Below, piece by piece: positions 24,818-27,961 of a stretch of 27,961 bases of DNA. Position 1 is the first letter of the stretch. Each line of letters opens with the position of its first letter. A program made the translations under genes and the position numbers. The DNA comes from a virus. Taxonomy: Duplodnaviria > Caudoviricetes. The notes below the pieces were generated by a model. It saw only the letters and a list, made by a program, of their open reading frames with translations. It did no database searches and was not told where the DNA came from. The stretch covers positions 1 to 27,961 of IMG/VR virus record IMGVR_UViG_3300036855_000027; one strand, 5' to 3'.

Positions 24818-25481
24818 GACTGCTGCGCGGCTGCGCGAACCGTTCCCGGCCGAGAAGATCGGGAAGCTGCCGAAACTCACCTGTGGTGACTGCTCCAACA
24901 AGAAGTGCGGCAAACATCAGCGGCGCACCTGCAAGATCTGCAAGGCGTACGTGTCGACCGCGCATACCCACCTCGATTTCGTGGGCCACGCCGACGTCAC
25001 CGACCGGCTGCTCACCGTCGATGCGCTCTGGTCGTGGGAGCCGCTCGCGCTCAACGAGAGCGGCCTGCCGATGCTCGACAGCAACCGTGGCATGTGGATC
25101 AGGTTGACGGTCGCGGGCAAGACCCTGCTCGGCTACGGGCATGCCGGTTCGAAGACCGGTGGCGACGCAGTGAAGGAAACCATCGGCGACGCGATCCGCA
25201 ACGCCGCCATGCGGTTCGGTGTGGCGCTGGACATGTGGCGCAAGGAAGCACCCGAAGCCGTACACGACAACGATCCCGGACGCGCCGCCGAACCGACCGA
25301 ACCGGTCGACAAGCCCGCGCAGCTCCGCGCGCTGATAGCCCAACTCGGCAAGCAACGCGGCTGGGACATCACCACCACGGCCGCCGAGTTCCTGGACTGG
25401 TCACGTGGCCGCGCGATCCAGGAAGCGTCCGTGGCGGAGATGTCCGAGTACATCGACTTCCTCCAGAAGGTGAAGGAGTGA
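24807..25481 (+). CDS. Rad52/Sak-like single-strand annealing protein with Cys/His insertion
   Basis: RBS AAGGGGG with TTG start; LREPFP, LDFVGHADVTDRL, WSWEP, KETIGDAIRNAAMRFGVALDMW. Confidence 0.82.
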   Translation: MNPETAARLREPFPAEKIGKLPKLTCGDCSNKKCGKHQRRTCKICKAYVSTAHTHLDFVGHADVTDRLLTVDALWSWEPLALNESGLPMLDSNRGMWIRLTVAGKTLLGYGHAGSKTGGDAVKETIGDAIRNAAMRFGVALDMWRKEAPEAVHDNDPGRAAEPTEPVDKPAQLRALIAQLGKQRGWDITTTAAEFLDWSRGRAIQEASVAEMSEYIDFLQKVKE

Positions 25482-25639
25482 CGGCGGTCGCGGGCATGCC
25501 GGGCGTGTGCCCGGCGTGCGGTGGCCGACAGCGGGTGCTGCTCGCCGACCCCGGCTCGCCCCTGTTCACCGTCGTGCCCTGCCTCGGATGCGTGTGGGGT
25601 GTGCCGGTCGTCGACCTGCCGCATCGAGGTGACCGGTGA
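25478..25639 (+). CDS. Small zinc-ribbon protein
   Basis: GTGA overlaps at both ends; CPAC...CLGC. Confidence 0.65.
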   Translation: MTAVAGMPGVCPACGGRQRVLLADPGSPLFTVVPCLGCVWGVPVVDLPHRGDR

Positions 25640-25989
25640 CCACGCCAACCACGCATCAGGTGATCCAACAGTTGGCGCACCTGTCCCGCATGCTCGACGC
25701 CGCCACCGCCGAGGTTGCCCGCCTGGACGAGGCCGCTGTCCAAGCCAAGGCACGGCACGAGGTCGCCTACGCGCGGGCGTTCCTCACCTGCGAGGGCGCG
25801 ATGGACGTCCGCAAGCAGACCGCGGTGCTCGACACCTCGGACCAGAAGCTGAACGCCGAGATCGCCGAGCAGAAGGTCCGGGCCTGCCGCGAACGGATCA
25901 GGACTATCCGGGATCAGATCGAGGTCGGCCGGTCGCTCAACAGTGCGGTGCGCGCCGAGTGGAACGCCGGGGCGGTGGGGCAGACATGA
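25636..25989 (+). CDS. Coiled-coil hypothetical protein
   Basis: RBS GAGGTG; helical heptad pattern. Confidence 0.75.
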   Translation: MTTPTTHQVIQQLAHLSRMLDAATAEVARLDEAAVQAKARHEVAYARAFLTCEGAMDVRKQTAVLDTSDQKLNAEIAEQKVRACRERIRTIRDQIEVGRSLNSAVRAEWNAGAVGQT

Positions 25990-26527
25990 TGCGCCAGCGC
26001 AAGCCCCCCTCCAGCGCCGCACCGGCCTGCGTGCCACGGCTGGACTGTCCCGCTCCACCAGGTTGGCGTCCAGTGGCCCAGTCAAAGCCCGGGGCCGGAT
26101 CGGCCTCACCGCAGCTGAGCGCACGGCGAAGGCGATCGTGGTCGCCCGCGCGGAGGGCCGCTGCGAGATCGGTGTCCTGTGCCAGCGCGGCCCGGGCGCC
26201 GACTTCTCGCACAGGTGGGCTGAGGGCCAGGGCGGACCGTATCTGCCCAGCAACGGGCTGTTGGCATGCAGGCTCGACCACCAGATGCTGCACGCCAACC
26301 CGGACCACGCCAAGACGTTCGGCTGGTTCATCCCGCCCACCTGGCGGCGTGCGCCCGGCGGACCGGCTGAACCGGTCGCGCCCGGCGAGGTGCCGGTGTG
26401 GTTGTGGCGTGCGGGCGGTTGGGGTCCGGAGTGGGTGTGGCTCGACGACTCGGGTGGCATGCGGCCGGTCGGCTACGACGAGCTGGACGCGGTGCTCAAG
26501 GAGCAGGGGTTGGAGCGGTTCTCATGA
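25986..26527 (+). CDS. HNH endonuclease, apparently frameshifted at C6 (26004-26009)
   Basis: RAEGRCE...C...SHR...GG...SNGLLACRLDH...H; the coupled ATG 25986 is in a different frame from the gene body. Confidence 0.7.
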
Positions 26528-26736
26528 CCGTTCTGCAAGCCCGGTGGACGATCCCGCTCGAAGGCGTCTGCGACGTGTGCGCGCAGCCCGCGCGGCGGCT
26601 CACCGTCTACGACACCTGCCGGCTCATCGTGCACGACAACGCGGTGCGTCCCTGCGTGATCGCCAACCCGGGACCGCCCGTGCACGGCCCGACCGGCTAC
26701 TACGAGCCCCCCTACAAGCGGAAGGCCACGCGATGA
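26524..26736 (+). CDS. Small Cys/His-rich protein
   Basis: ATGA overlaps at both ends; CDVC...H...C. Confidence 0.65.
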   Translation: MTVLQARWTIPLEGVCDVCAQPARRLTVYDTCRLIVHDNAVRPCVIANPGPPVHGPTGYYEPPYKRKATR

Positions 26737-27374
26737 GTTACAGGCCGACCACGATCCAGGGCACATCGTTGCCGAAGCTGGAGCTCGACATTCTGGAGCT
26801 CATGTCCGAGGGTTCCTCGGATCCGGAGATCGCCGACATCCTCGGTTTGGGCTACGAGACGGTGAAGCAGCACATCGGACGGATCTATGCCCGGCTCGGC
26901 GCCCGGAACCGGACGCACGCGGTCGCGCTCGGCTACCAGCAGCAGTTGATCCGGGACGCGCCCGGCGCCGAACCGCGACCCGCCTTGCGCTCGGTCCCGC
27001 CGACACAGGCCGCCACCTCGTTGACTGGTGCGCCACTCACCGACGCGGTGTTGCCGTTCGCCGCGCAACTCATCGGCGCGGTACGCCAAGGCGACCTGCT
27101 CGATGACCTGTTCTGGCAAGCCCACCGGACCGCTGCCCGCGTCGACGGCGACGCCGCGCAAGACCGGGCCGGCACGATCTCGGCCCGCGCGCTCGCGATC
27201 GTCCTCGCCGCGATGGTCCCGGACGACCGGGAACCGTCGGATCTGCTGGCGTGGATGCGGCACCCGGTCGAGTATCTGCGGCTGCGCGAGGCCGGGTTCG
27301 ACGCGGCCACGTCAGCGGCTGAGGCCAGCGCCTACGCGGTCTCGCATCTCAAGGCTGTGGGGGGTGGTGTGTGA
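26733..27374 (+). CDS. LuxR-type HTH protein with C-terminal domain
   Basis: ELDILELMSEG.SDPEIADILGLGYETVKQHIGRIYARLGARNRTHAV signature. Confidence 0.88.
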   Translation: MSYRPTTIQGTSLPKLELDILELMSEGSSDPEIADILGLGYETVKQHIGRIYARLGARNRTHAVALGYQQQLIRDAPGAEPRPALRSVPPTQAATSLTGAPLTDAVLPFAAQLIGAVRQGDLLDDLFWQAHRTAARVDGDAAQDRAGTISARALAIVLAAMVPDDREPSDLLAWMRHPVEYLRLREAGFDAATSAAEASAYAVSHLKAVGGGV

Positions 27375-27453
27375 GCGTCCTGCACGCCATCCGGTGGGCG
27401 CGCACAGTCCCGAACGGCAATTCGCATGACGAGTACGGAAAGGAGCAGCACCG

Positions 27454-27961
27454 GTGACATGGTTCCGTGTTGACGACCAGCTTCCCGATCACCGCAAGGT
27501 GAGGCGCGCTGGCACGTCGGCGATGGGTTTGTGGCTGCTCACCGGTGCGTGGTCGGCTGGCCATCTCACCGATGGTTGGGTGCCGCGCGATGTGGCCTTG
27601 AGGTACGGGACTGATCGGCAAGCGGCCAAGCTGGTCGAGGTGGGTCTCTGGGCAGTGGGTGTCCGTGACGATGAGAGCGGTTGGTGGTTCCACCAGTGGA
27701 CCGAGCATCAGCCGACTGGTGATCAAGTTCGTCAGCGCCGGAAGGCCGCAGCAGAGCGGCAAGCAGATGCCCGTGCGCGGAAAACACAGTTGCGACACGC
27801 CCGGGAGTCAGGTCGAGCGCCGGGCGTGTCACACCCTAATTTTTCTGAAGATCACGAGTCTGACGAAGGACCAATTTCTGAAGATGTTGCTGGAAAAGAA
27901 GAGGAGTCACGCCGGGTCAAACCCGTGTGTGACCGCGCCACGAACGCGAAACCCCACCCCC
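27454..27961 (+). CDS. Replication initiator-like protein (partial, open to window end)
   Basis: RBS AAGGAG, GTG start; MTWFRVDDQLPDHRKV...AMGLW...TDGWVP...LVEVGLW...FHQWTEHQP, matching the actinophage WFKVDD-type replication protein N-terminus. Confidence 0.8.
   Translation, partial: MTWFRVDDQLPDHRKVRRAGTSAMGLWLLTGAWSAGHLTDGWVPRDVALRYGTDRQAAKLVEVGLWAVGVRDDESGWWFHQWTEHQPTGDQVRQRRKAAAERQADARARKTQLRHARESGRAPGVSHPNFSEDHESDEGPISEDVAGKEEESRRVKPVCDRATNAKPHP

Larger units (their letters stand above)
1..27961. mobile_element. Temperate siphovirus (actinobacteriophage) genome, partial
   Basis: Canonical synteny terminase-portal-protease-capsid-tail-lysis-integrase-repressor/cro-recombination-replication. 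High GC. No host genes in the window. Confidence 0.97.

Noticed and set aside
25521-27374. 617-aa ORF ending in the LuxR protein
   Set aside because: The 5' part is an off-frame read across other genes; the coupled ATG at 26733 gives the real gene.

Overview
High-GC temperate siphovirus genome of an actinomycete, covering most of the genome in virion-like (non-integrated) order. Left arm (+): putative packaging-site region, terminase small and large subunits, HK97-type portal, multi-domain prohead protease, major capsid, head-tail and tail genes with a canonical -1 frameshifting tail chaperone, a short tape measure, four tail-tip genes, and a holin-like/DUF1906 endolysin cassette. Centre: MerR/BldC-like HTH gene, Ltp-like superinfection-exclusion gene, a secreted protein, a candidate attP and a large serine integrase, then a repressor/cro switch with a dense operator array. 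Right arm (+): small early genes, a Rad52/Sak-like recombinase, an HNH nuclease, a LuxR-HTH protein and a replication initiator cut by the window end. Most notable observations: an unannotated phiRv1-Xis-like recombination directionality factor interrupted by an amber codon at its conserved Glu; a candidate attP core inside a pair of overlapping divergent promoters; a G11 tract forming the ribosome-binding region of a tail-tip gene; an HNH gene frameshifted at a C6 tract; and a shared TAGTGGG/CCCACT palindrome upstream of terS and the capsid gene. All family assignments come from motif recognition, not database searches.
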